Source of the DNA: Octopus vulgaris
Lineage: Eukaryota
Length of the DNA stretch: 64,000 nt
Reading direction: 5' to 3'
NCBI GenBank assembly: GCA_951406725.2
Contig: OX597826.1
Coordinates: 49,972,001-50,036,000 of the forward strand
This document shows, in pieces, positions 27,961-41,546 of the stretch. The notes under the pieces were generated by a model that worked only from the letters and a program-made list of their open reading frames with translations, ran no database searches and had not been told where the DNA came from. The translations under genes were made by a program, and so were the position numbers. The number at the start of each line of letters is the position of its first letter. The first letter of the stretch is position 1.

Positions 27961-29486
27961 TTTCTTTATTGGCCACACATAGCTGCACACAGATGGGACA
28001 AATTACAAGGTAGAGCTTTTCTTTTGGGGATGAAAAAAAAACAAAAAAACAAAAAAACAAGAGAAACAAAAAAATGTGGCGTAGGTTTTCGATCAAAAGG
28101 GATCGTGAAAGGGAAAAAAAAGGAGAAAAAAAAGAAACAGAAGAAAAGAAAAAGGAAAAAAGAAGAAAAAAGAGGAAAAAAGGGGAAGAGGAAAAAAAAC
28201 GATCAATAGGGATCGTGTATCACAGTATCATGATGTATGGTGTAAAGGGGGGAAGCAGATGAGGTTTAACCGTGGGAAGAAAAGCCTACGAAAAAGACCA
28301 CGGTAACCTCGGTCAATATTGTTATATGTTACCACATTTGTTTGCAAGTGGGTAATCCCCTGTTTTCAATTTCTGGGTTCATAGGATTATGCTCAAGGTG
28401 GCTTCGTCATTCATACGTGCCATCCTTGCTACATTCACCCATCTTTTTTAAAACATTCGCCAGACAAAACTTGCCTCTCTACTCTCACTTTCCTTTTCAG
28501 GTGGTACTTGAAGAAGTTGATGAGAGATTGACCAGAGAGGAAAGTGTTTGTCTCCAATCCTTTCAGACGCGTCCAACAGATACGTTCTTTCGCCATAGCC
28601 ACAAGGATGTTTAAAATAGCTCTTCCTTTCCGTTTGAAGGAAGGAGGCGTGACAATATTGACGATAGACTCAGCTGATAAACCGACTCGTCCCACACGTG
28701 ACACCAGTTGTTCGACATAAGCCTACAGGTCGGAAATTGTTGGACACTGCACGAGTGCGTGCAGAACGGTTTCGTCGCTCTGACCGCATCTCGGGCAGGT
28801 CGGCCCCGTGTTTCTCGAGCCGTGTCTGTAGAGCTTATCCCGAACGGGTAGCGCTTCTCGGTAGCACTGCCAGGCCAGGGATCTCTGGAAGTTGTCCATG
28901 GGCCCTGGCCCGAAAGTCGTCCCGAACAGGTGGGTCAGGTATTCCTCGTCGACGTCCAGGTTCGCCCCGAGCTCGTCGTCGTACCTCCCCTCCACTAATC
29001 CCCTATAGAATGCTTTGGTTGTGATGGAGTCACTCAGGGTCGACCCGGGACGTCAGAGTTGCTTGAGAGCAACGCGACACTCGCGGTGCCATTCGCCCTT
29101 CCTCGGCCTCTTTTTGATCCACGACTGCAGTTTGGTCATGGAGACTAGCTGCGGGAAAGCGTGCCCCACAAACGGCGACCACACCTGTTCACCGTCGTCT
29201 ACGAAGAGCCTGAGATGTCGCAGTCTCAGCGCGTGTCTGCGCATCATCAACCACGGCGTGCCCAGTCATCCTTTTAACGGGTGTTGACAGCAAATGAATC
29301 GCCTGACCATCGGGGCGCATCTTTTCCACAAGAAGAGAAAGAGAATGCGTTCTAGTTTGGTGATGGTAGGGTCGGGACAAGGCACGACGGTCAGGCGGTA
29401 GTAGATGACGGACGCGATGTACGTGTTCGCCACCTCCGCCCGACCTTTTAGGGACAGTTTCCGCTCGGCCCATTGCCGGGCGAGAG
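27961..29486 (-). mobile_element. 5'-truncated Tx1/L1-clade LINE
   Basis: RKLSLKGRAEVANTYIASVIYY, LERILFLFLW, ALPVRDKL, zinc knuckle CPRCGQSDETVLHALVQC, with in-frame stops; pyrimidine-rich 3' UTR ending AATAAAGAAA; (GATA)-type repeats on both sides. Confidence 0.9.
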
Positions 29487-29487
29487 T

Positions 29488-29558
<71 letters not shown>

Positions 29559-29577
29559 GGATCTGTGAAAAGCAGAC

Positions 29578-29655
<78 letters not shown>

Positions 29656-29943
29656 TTATGGGTGAGACTATGACCATAGCTGTCTTCACCCTCGATTAGA
29701 CCAAGTAAAACATTTTCGACGTTGAGACAAATATGGTGACCAAATAAACAAACGTCAGTTGTCAACAAAGAGAGTGAAAAAGGAAGGAAGGAATGAAGGA
29801 TGGAAATGAGAGGGAAACCCTTGAAATAAAATGATCGTCTGTCGAACAAGCATACGTTCATATTTGTAACGGTTATATTATATATTTTAAACACACACAT
29901 GCGAGCACACACACGCATGCACGCACGCGCACACACACACATT

Positions 29944-29995
<52 letters not shown>

Positions 29996-30111
29996 CGTGT
30001 GTGTGGGTCTCTGTGTGTGTATGCATATGTATATCTATCTATAAATATAGATACATATATATGTGTGTGTGTGTGTGTATACACATGCATTTACACATTT
30101 TTATGCGTATT

Positions 30112-30565
30112 TATATTTTTTTCATTTTTTATTTTATCTAGTTTCAGCTCACGAGCTGTGGCCATGCTGGGGCACCGCCATTCGGTGTTGCCACATGATT
30201 TTACTTCACGAATGCTTTTTAGCAATTGACATTTGGTGCATGAGAGAGTTCGATGCAGCTGCCCTCATCTGCACCTCCTGCCGTGAAGTTGGTTCATCTG
30301 GGACACCTGACAGGAAGAGATCCAGTTTTGTTTTAAAGACGTCTGCATCCACCCCATGCAGGTCTCTCAGGTCCTTCGGGAGGATATTGAAGAGCTGTGG
30401 ACCTCTGAAGCCCAGGCTATCACAGTATGTTGTCCTACATCTTGATGGCAAATTTGGAGTCCTTGGCACTATGCAGCGGCGCCCAGTTCTAGTATTTGTG
30501 TAACTCTCGATGCCAAAGTTTGGGACAAGTCCTTCCAGGATCTTCCAGATGTATATTATGGCATA
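30112..30565 (-). mobile_element. CR1-group LINE 3' end
   Basis: IIYIWKILEGLVPN...GPQLFNILP..FKTKLDLFLSGVPDEP, a typical post-RT C-terminus; 3' hairpin and A-rich tail. Confidence 0.85.
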
Positions 30566-30583
30566 CATTTACATATATATGTT

Positions 30584-30615
<32 letters not shown>

Positions 30616-30899
30616 GATACATATATATATTTATATTTATATCTCTGTGCGTATACACAAACACAGGTGAAATAAACATTAGAGATGCTTTGCCCCGCGC
30701 AGCAATTGTAGGAGCCACTCAGGAGTTTTGCAAGCTCGTCTAACTCCATAGCAATGTGGGAAAACCTTCCATATCGTCAGCAGGTATCTCATATATATAT
30801 ATATTCACACATACATACATACATACATACATATCTATACATACATACATACATACATACATATCTATCTATCCATACATACATACATACATACATACA

Positions 30900-30961
<62 letters not shown>

Positions 30962-31116
30962 GTATATGTATGTATGTATATGTATGTAGATATGCATACA
31001 TCTATGTCTCTACATGCAGATACATATAAAATAGGTAAATGGATACATAGACAGATATACATACATGCCAATCATACACACACTCATACAAACATACAAA
31101 CACAAATCAATATGTA

Positions 31117-31151
<35 letters not shown>

Positions 31152-31152
<1 letters not shown>

Positions 31153-31462
31153 CACTCCCTCGGTTGCGATTACTAGGGTCCCAGCTGATACGATCAACGG
31201 AACAGCTCTGCTCGTGAAATTAACTTGTAAGTGGCTGAGCACTCCACAAACACGTGTACCCTTAACATAGTTCTCGGAGAGATTCAGCATGACACAGAGT
31301 GTGACAAGGCTGACCCTTTGAAATACAGGTACTACTCATTTTTGCCAGCTGAGTGGACTGGAGCAACGTGAAATAAAGTTTCTTGCTCAAGGACACAACG
31401 CGCCGCCGGGAATTGAACTCACGACCTTACGATCATGAGACAAATGCCCCCAACCACTAACC
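31152..31462 (-). mobile_element. SINE family C (tRNA head, CORE-like TCCTTGAGCAAG box)
   Basis: Reverse complement of 40004-40316, with B box GAGTTCAATTCC. Confidence 0.85.
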
Positions 31463-31592
31463 AGCAATATCACAGAAAAATTGTTACTCAGATATTTCTG
31501 CTGCTGCTGTTGCTTTTAATAAAGCATATTACTCTACCGGAGTAAGCACATAAATGCGAAACAGGGTGAAAAAGAAGAGTACTCAAATACCG

Positions 31593-31655
31593 GATGATGA
31601 TGATGACGATGATGATGGTGGTGATAATGATGATGATGATGATGATGACGACGAC

Positions 31656-31687
<32 letters not shown>

Positions 31688-31742
31688 TGATGTTGATGAT
31701 GATGATGACGTTGTTGATGATGATGATGATGATGATGATGAT

Positions 31743-31773
<31 letters not shown>

Positions 31774-31822
31774 ATGATGACGTTGTTGATGATGATGATG
31801 ATGATGATGATGATGACGTTGT

Positions 31823-31861
<39 letters not shown>

Positions 31862-31919
31862 CGATGATGATGACGATGATGATGACGATGATGATGACGA
31901 TGATGATGATGATGATGAC

Positions 31920-31963
<44 letters not shown>

Positions 31964-32030
31964 CGATGATGATGATGACGATAATGATGATGATGATGAT
32001 GATGACGATGATGATGATGATGATGATGGT
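31593..32030. repeat. (GAT)n/(GAC) microsatellite
   Basis: Seen directly; source of the poly-D and poly-M ORFs. Confidence 0.95.
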
Positions 32031-32228
32031 GACAGTGGTAGTGGCAGTGTTACAGCGGCTGCTTCTGCTCCTGTTGGTAGTAATGGGGGGAAATGATGAT
32101 GGTGGTGGTGGTTGGAAACAGCGGTGGCGGTGATGGTGGCAATAGAAGGGATTGTTATAATAACGATAAATAATAACAGTGATAATGTTAGTATTGGTGA
32201 TACAGTGTTGCTGCTACCACGGCTGCCG

Positions 32229-32290
<62 letters not shown>

Positions 32291-32747
32291 ATAATCATGA
32301 TGATGGTAATGATGACAACGATGACGAGGACAAAGATGACGACGACAATGATGATGATGATAGCAATATGGCTGGTAGTTATGGTGATTTCTGACATGTA
32401 CACCAGACCATACAAATTATGTGGGAGGAGGAGGAGGGGGAGGAGGGGGAAGAGAGGAGGTTTATAGTTGATTAGCTTGTCGCCATTCCAGTTTGACGGT
32501 AATAACCCCCGATAACAATGTTATCAGATTAAAAATATAAGAGGTAAAGCCCTCCCCCCCCCCTTGGAATCTCCCAAAGATAAGTTTACCAAAAATAAGA
32601 AGGAATTTAACTGGAACTTAAATTGAGACCAAATTGTACAAGACTGCGAACAAAGGAACGGCAACATGCGACATGTTCAAAATATGGAATTATGGGATTT
32701 ATCTGATGTTTAGTAGACTTGTTTTTTACATTATATACACACAAATA

Positions 32748-32809
<62 letters not shown>

Positions 32810-32819
<10 letters not shown>

Positions 32820-33530
32820 CTCCAAACATTAACAAAGAGAAAACACAACAACGCGAGGACTTGGAGCAAGTATAGTGTTATTGGACGCTCATGCACACAC
32901 ATATATAAACACGCACAGACAAATTAACCCACACATACATTCCACACACATACACACAACACACTCATACATACACGCGCACAATTATATATACATGGCC
33001 ATACACACTCGCACATATTTACACCACATCCCCACACATCCCCACACACACACCCACTCACAAACACATACACACATACATGCACACACACGCACACACA
33101 CACACACACGCTATAAATTCTTCCTACGACATTAAGCGACACAAGTTCACTCACACATACACATATAAACAGCCAAAACCTCACACACACATACTCACAA
33201 CTCATACACACACATACGCGCACACACGTGCTAGTCTTATACACACACACACATCGACCTGTGTGTACACACATACACACACACTCTTCCTTCTCTTACA
33301 CTTTCCTCTCTTAGAAAGAACTTTTTCTTCACTCAGTCATTTCAAAATGTACCCACATATGAATAGTTGGCGATTTTCTTCCTCCGTTTTCGCTTCTTTT
33401 GGATTTTCCTTTATTTCTGAGGAAGAGCATTGCTCGAAACGTTAAACCATGTTTGTTTCCTTTCCTGAGCGACTGCTAATATATTACGTTGTTGTTTTTT
33501 AATGTTTGTTCTTTCTACAGATTTACTATA
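32810..33530. mobile_element. Family E hammerhead repeat: plus copy 33360-33530 and inverted 3' fragment 32810-32891, bounded by (TA)n
   Basis: TTT-CTGAGGA-A-GAGC-ATT-GCTC-GAAAC-GTT-AAA at 33414-33446; homologous to 44998-45185 and 57121-57325. Confidence 0.75.
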
Positions 33531-33540
33531 TGGGTAAGTA

Positions 33541-33610
<70 letters not shown>

Positions 33611-33613
<3 letters not shown>

Positions 33614-34213
33614 TTCAATAAAGGGTGGAATATAATTAATTTAATAAAATTAATCAATTTCACCTAGTAGATTTGTCGGTATGGAAAAGACCATATTTGG
33701 TAAGGGTTATAATAATTATAATAAAGGGTTAAATGCAACAAGTTGCTCAAAACCACATACCGAAAATATTAGAAATAGCAGCCAAAATTGGCTACTATTT
33801 CCTCTACTAGTAAAAAGTCTCCACAAACAAACAGAATTTGTAAGCTGTATATGGCAAAAAAGACAGAAAATAACGAAAACCCAGCCTCTGGATTAATTAT
33901 AGACGTCCGATGTTGCAGATCGTACTGGTGTAACGGGTAAGTACGATTTTTCCCCTAGCATTTCTAGATCTATAGGAAATATTATATTGACAAGGAAATG
34001 AACCTTCGGTTCTAATCCAGAAACGAGTCGTCTATAATTAATCCAGAGGCTGGGTTTTCGTTATTTTCTGCCTTTTTTGCCATATACAGCTTACAAATTC
34101 TGTTTGTTTGTGGAGACTTTTTACTATTAGAGGAAATAGTAACCAATTTTGGCTGCTATTTCTAATATTTTCGGTATGTGGTTTTGAGCAACTTGTTGCA
34201 TTTAACCCTTTAT

Positions 34214-34217
<4 letters not shown>
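33611..34217. mobile_element. (TA)n-flanked element with ~189-bp near-perfect inverted arms
   Basis: 33717-33905 versus 34029-34217, with about 3 mismatches seen. Confidence 0.85.
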
Positions 34218-34289
<72 letters not shown>

Positions 34290-34332
34290 TACATACATAC
34301 ATACACACGTATATATACATACGTACATACAC

Positions 34333-34416
<84 letters not shown>

Positions 34417-34836
34417 CTTAGGCATTACGATACTAATAACCTGGAGTACAATTCATTATACGAATGCTTCAGAACGAACCGTTAGTTGAGTACAGAGCGT
34501 TAATGAAGAAAGAGAAGACAAAAGAATAAACGATTATCTCATGAACATTAGCTTACAGCTGTTTCCACTATAAGATGTGATTGACTCATAGTTGAGCAAC
34601 ACCCTACACTTTCCTCAGAGCCTCAAATCTGAAGTGAAGAAACTGTAAGGTATTACTCAGGCACCCAACTGACAGTCCAACGCAGTCGAAAAAGTAGTAA
34701 GCTTATGAAGTCAATAAGATAATCGTTTATTTCTTAGTCTTGTCTTTTCTTGTATATACTGTTAATACTTTGCATGTACCACGTCCTCGCGTTGTTGTTT
34801 TTTCTTCTTCTTGTGTTTTTGGCTTTTTATTTAATT

Positions 34837-34933
<97 letters not shown>

Positions 34934-34981
34934 CCAATGTATGCATGTTTGTATGTATGCACACATGGGTGCAAACATTTA

Positions 34982-35017
<36 letters not shown>

Positions 35018-35607
35018 TGTATATAGAATGAGGGGTTTAGTTCACTTGTGCTCTAACCGAATAGTCACGCTGTGCTATAGTTGCTATAGTTGGTCGACCA
35101 TTAGGTTCCAAGATCACAGCTAAGGCTAGATCTAGGGATCCGTGTTAGGTTTCCGTCATAGCATGTATAAATTATATTAGAGGGAAAATCAAACCCGAGG
35201 CAAAAGGAGCATCTCAAGGAATAAAATAGAAGAATGAAATAGTAAAATAGAAGAATAAAGAGTAAAAGTAGTTAGAAGAATATAGGCAGGAGAATAATGT
35301 TGACAACTCGTTTTTTCCATGAAAGAACCGACTAACATCCATACCCTCTGGAAAAAGATGTTTTGTGAACATTATTCTCCTGCCTATATTCTTCTAACTA
35401 CTTTTACTCTTTATTCTTCTATTTTATTCCTTATAAACTCTGAAATTTACTCCGTGTAAACTGTAAATTTTCCCCGTCTAAAATATTCATACCCAGTGCG
35501 AGGACATACTAACCTACTGCTTGGGTTATCCCAGAAACGGCTGTAAGACTTCAAATTAAAATGATTCTAAATGACTTGAGATACTAGGTCTGCCTTGGTA
35601 TTGATAT

Positions 35608-35638
<31 letters not shown>

Positions 35639-35855
35639 GCATACCATACATACATACATAGAGGTATCCACATACTTTTACATATCTGTATTATTTTTCT
35701 TTTCCTCTCTCTACCTCTCTATCAATCTATCTAACTTCCGAAAAAACATTAACTGATGAAATATAATTCAAGATAAAAACAAATATATAAAACAATAGAA
35801 AATAGGAACGCAACACAAAATAAAATTATATACGAAATGACAACACGTGTCTGTA

Positions 35856-35895
<40 letters not shown>

Positions 35896-35942
35896 ACAAG
35901 CGCGCGCACACACACATATATGTATATATACATGTGTGTGTA

Positions 35943-36005
<63 letters not shown>

Positions 36006-36691
36006 GTGTGTAAATAACTAAATAATGCACTGTTGTTCATTGTCAAGATTTTTTCTGAAAACAGGAAGTGAATCTAAGTGGAAACGGTTCCTTTTCCATT
36101 GTTACCACGCAATTCTTTATTTATTCATTTATCCTGACGATTTGGAAGCTTTCTGTGGATTTTTCTATCTTTCTTTGGCTGCTTGTTGTTGTTGTTGTTG
36201 TTGTTGTTGCTGCTGCTGCTGCTGCTGCTGTTGTTGTTGTTGCTGGTGTTATTGTCGTTGTTATAATCTTACTATGTGCGAAGGTGGATTTTTCACTGTT
36301 TTTTTTCTTTGGTTATACGTTTTTTTTCTTCTTCATGGACTAACTTTTTTGGATGGTGGAAGCTCGTATGTGTGTATGCGTATGCATGTGTTAGTGAGTA
36401 TGTATGTGTGTGTGTGTGCGCATGTGTGTTTATGAGTTTGTGTAAAGAGTTTTTTTTTTTCCTTCTTTTCTTTTATTGCGAAAGAATAAGAATAGGTTTT
36501 CAATTCTAATATATTGTGCAAATGGAAAAATTCTTATCTGGAAAAAAAAAAATAGAACAATAAAAATTAATGATTAACGGTTTCTTTATGTCGAGAATAT
36601 AAATGGTATTGTCTTAATGACTCCCATATGAGAATGCAAAGGATGTGTATACATACATACATATATATATATACATACATACATACATACA

Positions 36692-36722
<31 letters not shown>

Positions 36723-36751
36723 GTTTGTATGTAAGTATGCATTTATATGTG

Positions 36752-36843
<92 letters not shown>

Positions 36844-37075
36844 TGTATGAATGTATATATATATATGTATATATATATATATTTGTATTTTTCTTTTGTT
36901 GTTTCGTGTTCTGCTGTGAGACTCTAAACTTTCATTAGTATACTTAAACAAAGATACGTTTAATTTACAAATCTTCTATTTCGCTTACGTGCATTAGGAA
37001 ATTTGGTTGTGCGGGGGCCTATTGAAGGTCCTCTTTCACTTCCTGAAGTGTGCTGGAGAAGGAGTACAATATACG

Positions 37076-37304
37076 TTTCTTTACTACCCACAAGGGGCTA
37101 AACATAGAGGGGACAAACAAGGACAGACACACGGATTAAGTCGATTACATCGACCCCAGTGCGTAACTGGTACTTAATCTATCGACCCCGAAAGGATGAA
37201 AGGCAAAGTCGACCTCGGCGGAATTTGAACTCAGAACGTAGCGACGGGCGAAATACCGCGAAGCACTTCGCCCGGCGTGCTAACGTCTCTGCCAGCTCGC
37301 CGCC
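37076..37304 (-). mobile_element. Full-length SINE A
   Basis: Complete; TSD GAGTACAATATA at 37062-37073 and 37310-37321. Confidence 0.95.
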
Positions 37305-37672
37305 TGAAAGAGTACAATATATGTGTTAGGAGGGGTTATAGTTTGCTATGTATAGAGTCGTTTGGTCATAATTTAAAGCGGGAGTTGACAAATTCAACAA
37401 TATTGATCCCTGGTTGTTCACAAAGTGATCAATATTGATAAATGGTTTTCACTCCCAAGGGGTTCATAAATATCAAATATTCCGACTATATCAATATACT
37501 GTTTCATTTTTTACTTGTTTCTGTCATTAGCCTGCGGTTATACTGGAGCATCACCTTCAAGAATGTTTAGTCGAATAAATCGAACCCAATACTTTTTTTT
37601 TCTTTTTTTAAAGACTGTTACTTATTCTGTCGAAGTATTTTGCCGAAACGTTAAGTTACGGAGATGTAAACA

Positions 37673-37763
<91 letters not shown>

Positions 37764-37764
37764 C

Positions 37765-37907
<143 letters not shown>

Positions 37908-38485
37908 CACACACACACAGAGAGAGAGGAAGAGAGAGAGAAAGAGATATGTATGTAAGTATAACAATATTGCCGCTACACTGTAACAGCACACTTGATG
38001 AGTTCTGTACGACGCCGCGGTTTACAATACTCTTCATTACAACATTACACAAGGCTAAAACTTCTTGAAAACCACCAGTAACATTAATGAAACCGGTTAC
38101 AACCAGGAATAGAAACCGCATTCGAGGAACTATTACTCACAAGCCCCATTCGCCTTTCGATACAACTGCAGTAACGTTTAATTTATTTTGGCGATAAGCA
38201 ATAAGTCTTTTAAGATAAACAGTGCAACAAATCACCGTCATTAAGATTTCCATCTAAATGAGATTTAGTGATTAGCTTAAATATATTCAACGTATCGCAA
38301 AAGTATTAAGATATAAAAGCTAGCATACATCTGATACAGTCATTATAGGTCATTATATTACCCGCTGTGGTTAGTGTTGTTGTATTTGTAGTCTTCATCG
38401 TTGTTGTTGCTATTGTTAAGGCAATTGTCATTGGTGTTGATTGAGGTGTTATTGTTGTTGTAGTTGCTTTTGTGATAGTGGTGGT

Positions 38486-38547
<62 letters not shown>

Positions 38548-38594
38548 ACATATATATATATATGCAGACATGTATGTATATACAACAATATTAT

Positions 38595-38990
38595 TTTCTA
38601 CGCTTGGCACAAGGCCCGAAATTTTGAGAGAAAGAGCCAGTCGTTTAAATCGACCCAGTACACAACTGGTACTTAATTTATCGACCCCGAAAAGATAAAA
38701 GACAAAGTCGACCTCGGCAGAATTTGAACTCAGAACGTAAAGACTGACGAAATACTTATTTCTTTATTGCCCACAAGAGGCTAAACATAGAGGGGGACAA
38801 ACAAGGACAGACAAAGCGATTAAGTCGATTACATCGACCCCTGTGCGTAGCTGGTACTTATTTTATCGACCCCTGAAAGGATGAAAGGCAAAGTTGACCT
38901 CGGCGGAATTTAAACTCAGAACTTAAAGACAGACGAAATACTAGTAAGCATTTCGCCTGGTGTGCTAACGTTTCTGCCAGTACGTTGCCT
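38595..38990 (-). mobile_element. SINE A dimer (Tx1-tail unit followed by headless alternative-tail unit)
   Basis: Junction GACGAAATAC/TTATTTCTT at ~38755. Confidence 0.9.
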
Positions 38991-40003
38991 TAAGTATGTG
39001 CAACAATATTGCCGTGATGGTTGCGGATGTTGTCGTCGTCGTTCTGTTTGTTGTTGTTGCTGTTGCTGTTGTCGTTGTTGCTGCTGCTGTGGCCGTTGTG
39101 ACTGTTGCTATTGAGGTTTGTTGTTGCTTCTTCGTTGTTATTGTTTAACCACAGACCTTGATTAAAGGACATTCAAGCCATAACTTTTTTTCTCGGTAAT
39201 ATAATCACACAGGACTACATTATCCAACGACATTTTGCTTTAGACAGTAGAATGTAGTTTTAAAGGGCTTCGATTGTTATTTCTAGCATGCCAAGCGACC
39301 ACTTACAGGCTTCTTCGTTTGTTGCTACTGCTGTTTTTGTTGTTTTTGTATCGGCCTTGAAAGGATGAAAGGCAAATTTCACCACAGTGTGATCTGAACT
39401 CAGACCGCTGTTTATCGGAACAAATTCTGCAAGATATTCTTATCACTGCACTAACGATTCAGCCAAGTCTCAGCCTCCTATCGATCTCGATTCTAAATAC
39501 ACAAGCCTATCTATCTATTTGTCTATCTGTCTAATACATCTATCTTTCTATCTATCTCTCTGTCTGTCTAATATATCTATCGAATATATCTACCTATCTG
39601 TCTATCTGTCTACCCATCTGTCTGTCTATTTGTTAGTCAATCTATTTAGCTACCTATTTATCTGTCTATCTATCAATCTATCTATCTCGCATCTACGCCG
39701 TTATCTAGTGGAGGGGTAGAGTACTTGTTTATAGATTTATTTGTCCCTCATTCCATTTATCTGGATATCTAGTTATACATGTATTTCTTTACTCATCAAA
39801 GGAGGCGCAACAACTTTCACACGCACACACACACACATTTACGCACGACGGAACTTTCGCCTACCAAATTCACTGACAAAGTATTAATAGGTCCGACAAA
39901 GTATTAATAGGTAGAGGACACTTGCCCAAGGTACCAAATACATGTATCTGGATATCTATCCATACATATATTTATCAACCCATCAATACTTCTAGGTTGG
40001 ATA

Positions 40004-40316
40004 AAGGCGCGTGGCTTAATGGTTAGTGTACTCGGCTCACGATCACACGGTCGTGACTTCGATTCCTGGCGCGCGTTCTGTCCTTGAGCAAGACACTTTA
40101 TTTCACTACGGTGGACTCAGCTGGCAAAACAGAGTAGTACATGTATTTCAAAGGCCCAGCCTTGTCACATTCTGTGTCATGTTGGATCTCCTTGAGAACT
40201 ATGGTAAGGGTACGGATGTCTGTGGAGTACTCAGTCACTTGCACCTAAAATTCATGAGCAGGCTGTTCCACTGATCGGATCAACTGGAACCCTCGTCGTC
40301 GTAACCGACACAGTGC
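40004..40316 (+). mobile_element. SINE family C, full length
   Basis: A box TGGCTTAATGG, B box GACTTCGATTCC, TCCTTGAGCAAGACACTT, tail CCCTCGTCGTCGTAACCGAC. Confidence 0.85.
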
Positions 40317-40788
40317 AAGTTATATTTATCTAAGTAGCTACCTAGACATATATTTATCTAGGCATCATTAAAACTGGGTACCTACACATACACGTATTTA
40401 TTTACCCATCAGTCGTATTCACTAGATACCTACCTATACATGCACGAATACTTATCTACCTGCTACACTGTCTATCTGGGTGTATTTATCTGCCCATCAA
40501 TTTGTCAACCATTGAGTTTCCTATTCAGAAGTAACACAGTTAATCTAAGTGAATCGATCAAAAATGGCGGTCGTTGCTTTGCCTCCGTTCACCAGAAGCA
40601 TACACCGTTTTGAACAATGACCGCAACGGTCATTGTAGTGATAAACAGAATATTAATAAAATAAACATATATTGTAAAGAGCATTAATAATGGGTGATGT
40701 GCAGAAAGAAGCAGAACGGTGACAAAATAATATCCCACAATGTATATATGTGTATACACACACACAGACGCAACCACACACATATTTG

Positions 40789-40842
<54 letters not shown>

Positions 40843-41484
40843 ATAAATATATACATAAGGATACACACATGTATATATATTAAATTCACATTTAATATAT
40901 ATATATATGTATATATATACGTATGTATGTATGTATATATATATATATATATACGTGTATGTATATATGTACATGAAATAAATAATCGTAAATATGTGTT
41001 TTATGCAAATGTATAATTTGTAATGGTATTTACTTTGTGAATACATAATGCATATTTTACAGAGCATTACCTGCTTAGCTCCACAATGCATTCATGGCAT
41101 AATTAATATGACGTATATAAATATATATGTATGTATGTATATATACACACATATATACGTACATACATATGCATATATGTTGACATATATAGACATACAT
41201 AGACGCATATGCATGCACACACATATAAACATATTTGCATACTAATACGTTTTATATATGCAAACAATATTCTTTGTACCTAACCTAAATAAGCTCACAC
41301 TTACACACACACATACACACACACACACACACTCACACACATATATAAATATGTATATAAACATATACATATACACACGTATATTCACATGCACCACATA
41401 CGTAAATATATATAAATATATATAAATTTATATACATACATATATATATATACATATATATACATATATATATATATACATACA

Positions 41485-41546
<62 letters not shown>

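Noticed and set aside
31554-32096. Poly-Asp ORF resembling an acidic biomineral protein
   Set aside because: It is a (GAT)n microsatellite with no signal peptide or unique domain, and an overlapping frame is equally open.
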